A stretch of DNA of 64,000 nucleotides from Verrucomicrobiota bacterium (GTDB lineage: Bacteria; Verrucomicrobiota; Verrucomicrobiia; Limisphaerales; UBA9464): the NCBI GenBank assembly GCA_947471985.1, contig CANIZL010000003.1:747-64746 (forward strand), written 5' to 3'. Made by a program: the position numbers and the translations under genes. Below, piece by piece: positions 39,245 to 47,747 of this stretch (position 1 is the first letter of the stretch; each line of letters begins with the position of its first letter). The notes below the pieces were generated by a model. It worked only from the letters and a program-made list of their open reading frames with translations, did no database searches and had not been told where the DNA came from.

Positions 39245-40282
39245 ATGAAGGTTGCCATTGTGGGCTGCGGCGCGCTGGGAAGTTATTACGGAGCCCGGTT
39301 GTGTCGGGCGGGGCACGAAACCCATTTCCTGCTTCGATCGGATTTCGCGGCGGTCGCCCGCGACGGGGTGCAGATCGTGGGGCTGCCGGGGACGGAAGCC
39401 GGATTTCAAGTGCGTCCGCACTGTGCGGACCGGCCGTCCTTGATCGGCCCCAGTGACCTGGTGCTGATCGGCCTGAAGACGACGGCCAATGCCGCCCTGG
39501 CGGACCTGTTGCCGCCGCTGTGCGGGCCCGGTACGGCGGTTTTCACCCTGCAAAATGGTTTGGGCAACGAGGCCTTTCTGGAGCGCTTGGTACCGCCCTC
39601 GTCCATTCTCGGGGGCTTGGCCTACGTTTCTTTGAATCGGCTGGCGCCCGGGGTGGTGCGGTGTCAGGACCCCGGATCGGTGGTCTTGGGCGAGTGGTCC
39701 GGGCCCTGGCGGGATCGGACCCGGGAATTGACGGAGGCGTTGAATGCAGCGGGGGTGGCGACGACGGCGACGGATCACCTGCGGCTGGAACGTTGGCGTA
39801 AATTGGTTTGGAACATCCCGTTCAATGGCTTGGGAACCTTGGGGGCAGAGGGGATCGTGCGGTTGCTGGAGGAGCCTTTCCGGCCGGTTCCGACCCGCGA
39901 CGGGATCGTGCCGACGGATCAGCTGCTGGCTGAGCCCCGTTGGCGGGAATTGGTGCGGGACCTGATGCTGGAGGTGCTGGCGGTGGCGCGATCCGGTGGG
40001 CACAATCTGCCGGACAGCTGGGCGGACTCGGAACTGGCCCGGACGCGAGTGATGGGGTCCTACAAGCCGTCGACGACGGTGGATTTCGAGTTGGGTCGGC
40101 CCTTGGAGTTGGAGGCGATTTTTGGCGAGCCCTTTCGGCAGGCGCAGGCCAGTGGAGTACCCATTCCGTGGTTCAAGCGGCTGATTCAGGGGCTGCGGGT
40201 CCGGGCGGGCTGGTCGGAAAATGCTAATTTCACGAAGAAATCCCCCGAAATCCGGGTTTCGGAAGACTTTGGAAAAAAGTAG
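39245..40282 (+). CDS. panE: 2-dehydropantoate 2-reductase (ApbA/PanE family)
   Basis: ATG at 39245 inside ORF 39170..40282. MKVAIVGCGALGSYYGARL is a Rossmann fold, followed by GLKTTAN, LQNGLGNE and KPSTTVDFELGRPLELEAI. Confidence 0.75.
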   Translation: MKVAIVGCGALGSYYGARLCRAGHETHFLLRSDFAAVARDGVQIVGLPGTEAGFQVRPHCADRPSLIGPSDLVLIGLKTTANAALADLLPPLCGPGTAVFTLQNGLGNEAFLERLVPPSSILGGLAYVSLNRLAPGVVRCQDPGSVVLGEWSGPWRDRTRELTEALNAAGVATTATDHLRLERWRKLVWNIPFNGLGTLGAEGIVRLLEEPFRPVPTRDGIVPTDQLLAEPRWRELVRDLMLEVLAVARSGGHNLPDSWADSELARTRVMGSYKPSTTVDFELGRPLELEAIFGEPFRQAQASGVPIPWFKRLIQGLRVRAGWSENANFTKKSPEIRVSEDFGKK

Positions 40283-40396
40283 TGGCGCAAGGGGGGTCGG
40301 TTGCTAGTTTCCGCGGCCTTCGTTCCGGGTCAGGAATTCCGCTTGTGCGGTTTTTTAGTTACCCGGATCAAGCTGGATCCATACCTTGAAGTTTCT

Positions 40397-41047
40397 GTGT
40401 CTGTAAAGAAACCGCTTCCCGCCAAGAAGCCGGCTCCTGTAGCCGGCAAAGGTAAACCTGCGCCCAAAGTAGTGGCGCCAGCCAGCATTGCGTCGATTTT
40501 GGGACGAGATCCCAATAAGGGTGGTAAATCCGCGGGCGGCGCGGTGGCCATTGCCTGGACCCCGGCTTCCAAAGTGCGTCCTGAGTGGAAGAAACATTAC
40601 CAGGATCTGTTGGACCGTCACGATCAGCTCCGTTTGCAGATCAGTGGGTTGCAAAAGGAATCCCAGGCCGAGATGGAGAGCTACAGCCTGCACATGGGCG
40701 ACTCCGGCACGGATAATTTTGATCGCGATCTGGCTCTGGGGATGCTTTCCTCGGACCAGGAAGCGATGTTTGAGATTGAAGAAGCCCTGCGACGGATTGA
40801 AAAGGGCACCTACGGGGTGTGTGAGTTGACCGGGAAGAAGATCCCGAAGACCCGGTTGGATGTGAATCCCTGGGCGCGCTTTACGGTGGAAGCTCAGTCC
40901 CAACTTGAGAAGGAAGGGGCCCTCCGTCAGCGCAACCGTATTGGTTCGCTGGGCAGTGTCGAGACGAGCAGTGCCTCGGATAGCGACGAGGATGACGACG
41001 GCGATGAGAAGCCGGCGGCACCCAAGGCCAGCAGCAAGGAAGACTGA
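40397..41047 (+). CDS. DksA/TraR-family protein lacking the zinc-finger cysteines
   Basis: ORF 40301..41047, with a candidate GTG at 40397; the start is uncertain. Lys/Pro/Ala-rich N-terminus, a coiled-coil, then IEEALRRIEKGTYGVCELTGKKIPKTRLDVNPWARFTVEAQ. Only one of the four canonical Cys residues is present. Confidence 0.7.
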   Translation: MSVKKPLPAKKPAPVAGKGKPAPKVVAPASIASILGRDPNKGGKSAGGAVAIAWTPASKVRPEWKKHYQDLLDRHDQLRLQISGLQKESQAEMESYSLHMGDSGTDNFDRDLALGMLSSDQEAMFEIEEALRRIEKGTYGVCELTGKKIPKTRLDVNPWARFTVEAQSQLEKEGALRQRNRIGSLGSVETSSASDSDEDDDGDEKPAAPKASSKED

Positions 41048-41053
41048 TTTTTT

Positions 41054-41221
41054 ATGCCGCGCGAAATAGTGACCATTGAGTGCACGGAAGCGAAGAAGCT
41101 GGGCAAGCCCGTTTCCCGTTACCAGACCACTCGTAACAAAAAGCTCCAGACCGATAAGGTGGAAAAGAAGAAGTTTAATCCCTTCCTTCGCCGCCATACC
41201 CTCCATCGGGAGATTAAGTAG
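41054..41221 (+). CDS. rpmG: 50S ribosomal protein L33 (Cys-less, C-minus form)
   Basis: Not in the ORF track because it is under 60 aa. My translation is [55 protein letters not shown], which has the L33 signature (RY.TT.N...KKFNP..RRHT.H.E.K) without CxxC pairs. Confidence 0.85.
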   Translation: MPREIVTIECTEAKKLGKPVSRYQTTRNKKLQTDKVEKKKFNPFLRRHTLHREIK

Positions 41222-41224
41222 ACC

Positions 41225-41470
41225 ATGCCACGCAAGAATAAGCCAGACGACAAGAAACGCCGTAATGCCACCCCGCGGACTCCGCGGCCCAAGCCGAAGG
41301 TGGATTTCACGGTCGACGCAATCGACTTCAAGAACGTTGCGCTGCTCAAGCAGTATGTGACGGACAACGGTCGGATCCTGCCCCGCAAGTACACGGCACT
41401 GCCGGCGCATTATCAACGCAAGCTGACGACTGCCATCAAGCGGGCGCGTCAGTTGCTGTTGATGAAGTAA
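41225..41470 (+). CDS. rpsR: 30S ribosomal protein S18
   Basis: 81 aa. [48 protein letters not shown] is the S18 signature. Confidence 0.92.
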   Translation: MPRKNKPDDKKRRNATPRTPRPKPKVDFTVDAIDFKNVALLKQYVTDNGRILPRKYTALPAHYQRKLTTAIKRARQLLLMK

Positions 41471-41495
41471 CCGCCAACTGCCCGAGCAAAAATCA

Positions 41496-41526
41496 CCCGT
41501 CGGCCTCCGCCGACGGGGTTTTTTGT
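41496..41526 (+). terminator. Rho-independent terminator after rpsR
   Basis: CCCGTCGGC (41496-41504), loop CTCC, GCCGACGGG (41509-41517), then G and a TTTTTT run. Confidence 0.85.
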
Positions 41527-41893
41527 TGGGCGCAATTGGTTGGTGGAGTCGTGCTGCCGCCGGAATTTTCAGCGGATGGGCAACGGTATTCTCCGTGTGC
41601 CTTGGGTGTTCTCGTGTCCCCGAGCAAAGTGGTAGCGGACGACCGCACTCCCCGACGCTGGCGCGACGGCTCACACGGCAGGTGAAGGCCGCAAGGTTTT
41701 GGACTGCGGCAGTCCTCTACCGCTTTGGAAATCCAACGTGCGAGCCGAATAGGCGCCGAAATTATCAGCGGGCGGGCACTGAAGTTCCGCGACCGCTCCG
41801 CACGCCGGCAGTAAAAGCCCTGGCGACGGTCATTTCACGACAATTCGTTTTGGACGTTCCGCCATTGGATCCCGACGGTGGCGCTCTCTTTTT

Positions 41894-42220
41894 ATGAACA
41901 AGCCCGCCTGTCCGATGTGTGAAATGACCGAGGTGTTGGAACATGCTGACCGCTGGGAATGCGTCACCTGTGGTCACGAATGGGAGCGCGAACCCGAGCC
42001 CGAAAAGGCGCGGGTGGTCAAGGATGCCCACGGCAACGTGCTGGTGGACGGCGACTCCATTACCCTCATCAAAGATCTTCCGCTGAAGGGCTCGTCGCAG
42101 GTCTTGAAGGGCGGTACCAAGGCGAAGGGCATTCGTTTGGTCGAAGGTGATCACGAAATCTCCTGCAAAATCGAAGGCAGCGCCATCGCGCTAAAAGCGT
42201 GCTACGTGAAAAAAGCCTGA
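41894..42220 (+). CDS. yjdM: Zinc-ribbon protein YjdM/PhnA family
   Basis: 108 aa. CPMCEMTEVLEHADRWECVTCGHEW is followed by VKDAHGNVLVDGDSITLIKDLPLKGSS..LKGGTK...GDHEISCKIEG. Confidence 0.88.
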   Translation: MNKPACPMCEMTEVLEHADRWECVTCGHEWEREPEPEKARVVKDAHGNVLVDGDSITLIKDLPLKGSSQVLKGGTKAKGIRLVEGDHEISCKIEGSAIALKACYVKKA

Positions 42221-42556
42221 ACGGAAACCGGGACACCGGGGCGCTGTCGTTGGCCCCGCGGAACCGGCGTTTTTCCGGGGGGGGCGGAGTTTTTCCGTTC
42301 CCCGGCACGTTGGGGCCCGTGGGAACTTCCGGGCGGGGCGATTCGCCACTCCGGCAACGGGGACGGAGTTTTGGAGCCGGGGGACAGTGGATCGGTTGGC
42401 TGTTTTGATCCGTTTTTATTGGAGTTTTGCCCTAAATAGGGCCGGCATTGTGAATGCTCCGCGCGAATTCCGGCTGGCGGCTCGCCCCCGGATTTCGTCC
42501 GCTCGCCACCAACGGCTTCATTTTGTCGAGGGGACCGCTAGAAATGGTGGCATTCC

Positions 42557-43660
42557 ATGAAGCACTCTCTGCCAACCTTGTTGGGCGCACTGGCTTGTGC
42601 CCTGCCGATCACTTTTCAATCCAGTGTCTCCGCCCAAGGCTGCGTAGCCGTCCGGGGCGGCGGCATGTGTTCGCTGCATCTCGGGGAGCCGGGCGCGGAC
42701 GTCGAGGAGAATCCCTGGCTCGCCAGTGTCTCCTACCGGTACATCCATTCCTTCCGGCACTTCGTCGGCGATGTAGAACAGTTGCAGCGCGCCGCTGCGG
42801 CCAACCAGGTCATCAATCATTCGCACTTCATTGATTTCGGCGCCCAGTACCGGATCAACTCCCATTGGGACGTGGCGGTGACGCTCCCGTTCGTGACCTC
42901 CACGCGCTCCCAGGTGGTCGGCACGCCGGGTACCCGCTTCGAAACCAGCTCCAGTGGCATCGGCGATGCGCGGCTGACCGGGTATTACTGGATTTTCGAT
43001 CCCAAAAAGGAACCCAAGGGCAACATTCAAATCGGTCTGGGTTTGAAGGCGCCGACCGGTGACCACAACGTGCAGGACACCTTCCTGACCGCGAATGGAA
43101 CCACGACGGTGCGCGCGGTGGATCAGTCGATTCAGCCGGGTGACGGCGGTTGGGGCACGTCCATCGAGTTGAATGCCTTCCGGGAGCTTATGCCCCGCAC
43201 GGTGGCGTTTCTTCAGGCGTCCTACCTGCTGAACCCGGAGGATACCAACGGCACCGTCACCGGCCGGTTCCGCAACGATCCCAAGACGGCGGGTTATTAT
43301 GAAAATCTAATGTCGATCCCCGACCAATACTTCGTCCGGGGCGGCCTTGGCTACAATCTGGTGCCGAAGTGGGGTCTGACGGTCAGTCTCGCAGGCCGCT
43401 TGGAAGGTGTGCCGGTGAATGATTTGTTGGGTGCCAGCGATGGCTTCCGCCGTCCCGGCTTCGGGGTCAGCATTGATCCGGGCATCCAGATCGCCAAAGG
43501 CCGATTCACGTTTAACGTCAACGTGCCGTTCGCCTTGTATCGTAATCGCGAACGGAGTGTCGCCGACCAGTTGGCGACGGCCGCCAAGGGCTCGGATGTC
43601 CACGGCGACGCGGCGTTCGCCGACTACGTCGTAACGGCGGCGATTGGCATCCGTTTCTAA
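42557..43660 (+). CDS. Outer-membrane beta-barrel transporter-like protein (MetA/phenol-degradation-type inference)
   Basis: 367 aa. Signal peptide MKHSLPTLLGALACALPITFQSSVSAQG, alternating beta-strand pattern, and a C-terminal ...AAIGIRF aromatic terminus. Confidence 0.65.
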   Translation: MKHSLPTLLGALACALPITFQSSVSAQGCVAVRGGGMCSLHLGEPGADVEENPWLASVSYRYIHSFRHFVGDVEQLQRAAAANQVINHSHFIDFGAQYRINSHWDVAVTLPFVTSTRSQVVGTPGTRFETSSSGIGDARLTGYYWIFDPKKEPKGNIQIGLGLKAPTGDHNVQDTFLTANGTTTVRAVDQSIQPGDGGWGTSIELNAFRELMPRTVAFLQASYLLNPEDTNGTVTGRFRNDPKTAGYYENLMSIPDQYFVRGGLGYNLVPKWGLTVSLAGRLEGVPVNDLLGASDGFRRPGFGVSIDPGIQIAKGRFTFNVNVPFALYRNRERSVADQLATAAKGSDVHGDAAFADYVVTAAIGIRF

Positions 43661-43935
43661 GTCCGGATTTCGGCCTGCAGGTTGGGTTTTCGAAGGCGGT
43701 ACCCTCGTGGTGCCGCCTTTTCGCGTTTGTGTCGGGCTAGGGTGGCACCGAGGGTGGAAGCTGAAGAAGTCGGAGGGAAAGGACGCCGACTGGGAAGTTA
43801 GCGCGTACCGCCGGTTTTTCATCGGCGATTTGGGCCGGCCGCTGGTCGGCCGTTTTCCAAACATCGAACCCGGGATGGGTGCATCGAGTGTTTCAATTCG
43901 CCATCCGAGCGGGAATTTGGTATTCGAGATGACGC

Positions 43936-44313
43936 ATGCACTCACCCGAAGTTCCTCCGCCCGTGCCGCCGCCGGTTCCTGGTGTGGGCGGCGTGTTGTT
44001 GATGTGTCTGGTCCCCGCGGCGACCCTGTTGATCGCCGCGCTTCTGGGATACAATCCCACTCGGACCGTGCCCGTGCCGGTCACGGTGTTGCTTGCCGTT
44101 TCCTTCCTGGCGCCGGCGTGGGCGGCGTGGGATTTGCATCGGCGTCGTCGAGCCATCGGGAAGAATATGTTACCCAACGCGTGGATCGCCGCGGGCGCCG
44201 GAGCGCTGGCCGGAGTGCTCTTCTGTATGGCGGCGTGCATCCTCGCCGTTGTGGTTTTCGTGTTGGTGATGTTCGGCGTCTGCGTTTTGAATGGTGGTCG
44301 ACTGGGCGGCTGA
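43936..44313 (+). CDS. Hypothetical polytopic membrane protein with a Pro-rich N-terminus
   Basis: 125 aa. PEVPPPVPPPVPG is followed by about four hydrophobic helices. It ends 36 nt before the radical SAM gene on the same strand. Confidence 0.5.
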   Translation: MHSPEVPPPVPPPVPGVGGVLLMCLVPAATLLIAALLGYNPTRTVPVPVTVLLAVSFLAPAWAAWDLHRRRRAIGKNMLPNAWIAAGAGALAGVLFCMAACILAVVVFVLVMFGVCVLNGGRLGG

Positions 44314-44349
44314 AACGCCTTTTCCAGCGAACCACCTCCCGTCTTTCCC

Positions 44350-45750
44350 ATGACTTCCGAATCTGCGATCGCTCTACGCCCGGCGCGTGAGTTGCTGAAA
44401 CGTACCACCACGCGCTGCCCGGTTTGCCGTGAACCGGTGCCCGGTGAGGTCTGGCGCGAAGGACGGCATCCGGCCCGGGTGATCCTGCGGCGAACCTGTC
44501 CCACCCACGGGCCGGCCGAGGCCGTACTCGCCAGCGATGCCCGTTTTTACTGGCTGGCGCAGGGAGATCGCGCGTCGGGGGGCTGTTGCGGGGGCGCGTG
44601 CCACGCCGCCGAGGGACCGGCTACCGGCACACTGGGGCGCAATGCCGGAGTGGTCTTCGCCGAAGCCCCCGCCACGTCGAGCGTCCGTTGCGAAACGTTG
44701 TCCACGTGTCTGGCCCTGATCGAGATCGTCCACTCCTGCAATCTCGCCTGCCCGACCTGTTATGCCGACTCGCCGATCGGCGCTGGCGCCAAGGTGGATG
44801 CCGTTCCGTTGAGCGATCTCCAACGACGCATCGAGGGCGTCATTGAGCGGAAAGGACGGATAGAAATCCTGCAATTGTCCGGCGGTGAGCCGACCCTGCA
44901 TCCGCAGTTTTTTGAACTGTTGAACTGGGCGCAGGCGCACGAGAAGATCGATTTTACCTTGGTGAACACCAATGGCGTGCGGCTGGCGCAGGATCCGGAG
45001 TTTGCCCGCCAATTTGGCGAGGCGGCGGCCCGCAAAGGCGTACAATTGTACCTCCAATACGACGGCCCCCAAGCCGCGGGGCAGCGGGAATTGCGGGGCG
45101 CGGATCTGCGGGTCCTGCGGGAGCGCACCTTGGAGGTCTGTGGGCGGATCGGTCTCCCAGTCACCCTCGCGATGACGGTCACTGCGGACAATCTGGCTCA
45201 CGTCGGGGACGCCATCGCCTTTGGTCTGGCGCAACCGCACGTCCACGGCCTGACCTTTCAGCCCCGCTTCCTAAGTGGACGCACTCCGACCCGCGACGCG
45301 GACGCCGGGAATGCCCCCCGTTTAAACACCGCCGACATCCTGCTCGCGGCAGTGGCGCAGAGTGAAGGACGATTGCGCTTCGAGGACTTCACACCGTTGC
45401 CGTGTGGGGATCCCAATTGCGCCACGATTGGGTATCTCTTGCGCCTGGGCGAACAGGTCCGCTCGGTGAGTGAATTCGTCGACTTCGCCCAATTGCAGGG
45501 CTTCCTGCACGACAAGATCAACTATCGACTGGAGGATCTGGTGCAATGTGGCTGCGAAACCGAGCCATTGGGACACCTCTTGAAAGGACTCGAATTGCAG
45601 CCCGGCATCGCGTTTCGCTTGATGGTCAAACCCTTCATGGATGCCTGGACCTGGGATCAGGATCGCATCGACCGCTGTTGCACGCATGTGATCCGTCCCG
45701 ACGGCCGTCTGGACTCCTTCTGCCACTACTACAGCGGATTTGCTCCGTAA
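44350..45750 (+). CDS. Radical SAM protein with an N-terminal zinc-ribbon (COG1964-like architecture)
   Basis: 466 aa. CPVCREPV...CPTHG zinc-ribbon, then IEIVHSCNLACPTCYADS (CX3CX2C), LSGGEPTL, and a C-terminal CGDPNC...CGC...CCTHV Cys-rich region. Confidence 0.85.
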   Translation: MTSESAIALRPARELLKRTTTRCPVCREPVPGEVWREGRHPARVILRRTCPTHGPAEAVLASDARFYWLAQGDRASGGCCGGACHAAEGPATGTLGRNAGVVFAEAPATSSVRCETLSTCLALIEIVHSCNLACPTCYADSPIGAGAKVDAVPLSDLQRRIEGVIERKGRIEILQLSGGEPTLHPQFFELLNWAQAHEKIDFTLVNTNGVRLAQDPEFARQFGEAAARKGVQLYLQYDGPQAAGQRELRGADLRVLRERTLEVCGRIGLPVTLAMTVTADNLAHVGDAIAFGLAQPHVHGLTFQPRFLSGRTPTRDADAGNAPRLNTADILLAAVAQSEGRLRFEDFTPLPCGDPNCATIGYLLRLGEQVRSVSEFVDFAQLQGFLHDKINYRLEDLVQCGCETEPLGHLLKGLELQPGIAFRLMVKPFMDAWTWDQDRIDRCCTHVIRPDGRLDSFCHYYSGFAP

Positions 45751-45756
45751 ACCGGT

Positions 45757-46542
45757 GTGATTCCTGGAACCTGGCCCTTGAACACGCTCCTCGCCGCGGT
45801 AGATCGGATTCCGCTCAATGACGGTGCGGTGCGGCCCCCGTTTTATGGAGCGCTGCTGCTGCTCGGACTCGCGGGCAGTCTCTGGTGGTGGATGCGGCTG
45901 GCGCGACGGGATGAGCGACTGTTGCTGCTCTGGGCGATCGCGCTCGTCAGTGCATTTCTGGGGGGGAAACTGGGTTATCTGCTGGCGGAAGGTTGGCTCG
46001 ACTACGGTCAGCCGGATGTCTGGCAGCGGTGGCTCACGGGCAAAACCATCGTGGGCGCGCTGCTTGGTGGCTATGCCGGGGTCGAATGGGGCAAGCGCCT
46101 GCTGCGCTATCGAACTGTCACGGGCGACTGGTTTGCGTTCGTGGTTCCGGCGGGAATTGCCCTGGGACGGGTGGGATGCTGGTTGCAGGGGTGCTGTCTC
46201 GGCCAGGTTTGCGCCACCCCCCACTGGTGGACAGTTGCGGATACCCACGGACTTCCGCGCTGGCCGGCGGTCCCGTTGGAGTTGGGTTTCAATGTCGCGG
46301 CGATCCTGCTCTTTGCGGTCTTACGCTGGAGCCATCGGCTGCCAGGACAGCATTTTCACCTCTATTTAATGGCCTACGGGCTGTTCCGCTTTGTGCATGA
46401 GAGCTGGCGCGATACCCCCCGGATCCTCGGGCCCTTGAGTGGGTATGCTGTGATGTCCCTCGGACTCATAATCCTGGGCGGCGTCCGATTTGTTCAGCGT
46501 CAACGGGCCTTGGCGGGGGAGGCCAGTGGCGGCAGCCGGTGA
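45757..46542 (+). CDS. Prolipoprotein diacylglyceryl transferase (Lgt)-family membrane protein, divergent
   Basis: 261 aa, with a GTG start 6 nt after the radical SAM stop. Polytopic membrane protein. GKLGYLL, VGALLGGY, the GRVGCWLQGCCLG loop and HLYLMAYGLFRFVHESWR resemble the Lgt family. Confidence 0.7.
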   Translation: MIPGTWPLNTLLAAVDRIPLNDGAVRPPFYGALLLLGLAGSLWWWMRLARRDERLLLLWAIALVSAFLGGKLGYLLAEGWLDYGQPDVWQRWLTGKTIVGALLGGYAGVEWGKRLLRYRTVTGDWFAFVVPAGIALGRVGCWLQGCCLGQVCATPHWWTVADTHGLPRWPAVPLELGFNVAAILLFAVLRWSHRLPGQHFHLYLMAYGLFRFVHESWRDTPRILGPLSGYAVMSLGLIILGGVRFVQRQRALAGEASGGSR

Positions 46543-46774
46543 GTCCGGTGGGGGGCGACGGTGCCCGCCGAGGCGATCGTCGGACGCCCGCGGACCGGCG
46601 ACCGTGATGCCATTTGCGTGCTTATCGCTCCCAAGGCTAGTCTTTCCGGCAGTGCGAGAAGTGAGACGACAGATCCCTGTTCAAGATACCGGTTCACCCG
46701 TTCGGCCGGAGCGCTTGGGCGCAGGCTGGAGCCGTTGTGCCTAGTGGATTTGCCCTCTCGCTGATCCTCCCGTC

Positions 46775-47686
46775 ATGAGTTTCGCCCAACGTTTGTTCAA
46801 GCCCGAGTATTGGTTCCGGCCGCGGCAGGTTTATCACCGCCTCACCCGTCGTGGTCCGCGTCCGGCCGATGCCGATGTCATCACCCCGTGGGGATTGCCC
46901 ATGCGGGTGCATCCCAGCGAGGACATGGGCATGGTGATCTGGCATTTGGGCGTCATTGATTTGGTGGTGTGCGAGGCGTGCTGGCGGTTGCTGGATCCGG
47001 GCGAGACCGCCTTGGATGTGGGCGCCAACATCGGTCAGATGACCGGGCTTCTGGCTCGTCGAACGGGACCGACGGGTGAAGTCTGGAGTTTTGAACCGCA
47101 TCCCGAAGTGCGCGCCGAACTCGAACGGCATGTGGCCGCCTGGCGCAAGACGGATCTGCCCCTCGGTCACGTCCGGGTTCATGGCGTCGCCTTGAGCAAC
47201 GCGTCCGGAGCCGCTGCCCTATTCGAACCGCGCACGTTTTCCGGGAACCGAGGTACCGCCAGTCTGGAATTGGTCTCCACCGAATCCGGAGGCGCCAACG
47301 ATGCCGGGGGACGGTCCTTCACTGTACCGACCCAGGCCTTCGATGAAGTGTTTCCCAAGGATCGTCGCGTGGGTGTCCTCAAGATCGATGTCGAAGGACA
47401 TGAGCCGCAGGTTTTCGCCGGCGCGCTGCGCACCCTGCGGGATCGGCGGATCCGGGATATTGTTTTCGAGGAACACCAGAGTCTGCCCAGTCCGGCGTCG
47501 AAGCTGCTGACGGACGCCGGTTATACCCTCTTTTCCCTCGAGCAGGCCTTTTGGGGCCCGCGCATCCATTCGCCCACGGAAGCGATCAATCGTCCCCACT
47601 GGCTGCCGCCGAACTACCTGGCGACCTTGGATCCTGCCCGGGCCATTGCGAAGTTCCGTCCGGGCGGCTGGCAGGTGCTGCGCTGA
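46775..47686 (+). CDS. FkbM-family methyltransferase
   Basis: 303 aa. ALDVGANIGQMTG, VWSFEPHPE, GNRGTASL and LKIDVEGHEPQVFAGA. Confidence 0.8.
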   Translation: MSFAQRLFKPEYWFRPRQVYHRLTRRGPRPADADVITPWGLPMRVHPSEDMGMVIWHLGVIDLVVCEACWRLLDPGETALDVGANIGQMTGLLARRTGPTGEVWSFEPHPEVRAELERHVAAWRKTDLPLGHVRVHGVALSNASGAAALFEPRTFSGNRGTASLELVSTESGGANDAGGRSFTVPTQAFDEVFPKDRRVGVLKIDVEGHEPQVFAGALRTLRDRRIRDIVFEEHQSLPSPASKLLTDAGYTLFSLEQAFWGPRIHSPTEAINRPHWLPPNYLATLDPARAIAKFRPGGWQVLR

Positions 47687-47747
47687 TAATGGGGGCGGCG
47701 TTTGGGATTTGCCGCGATCCGTAGCGGCCCGATTCTGCGGGGTCATC

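Noticed and set aside
40283-40396. Zur box upstream of the DksA-like/L33/S18 cluster
   Set aside because: There is no AT-rich palindrome of the Zur type. Only GGATCAAGCTGGATCC is present, and it does not resemble known Zur operators.
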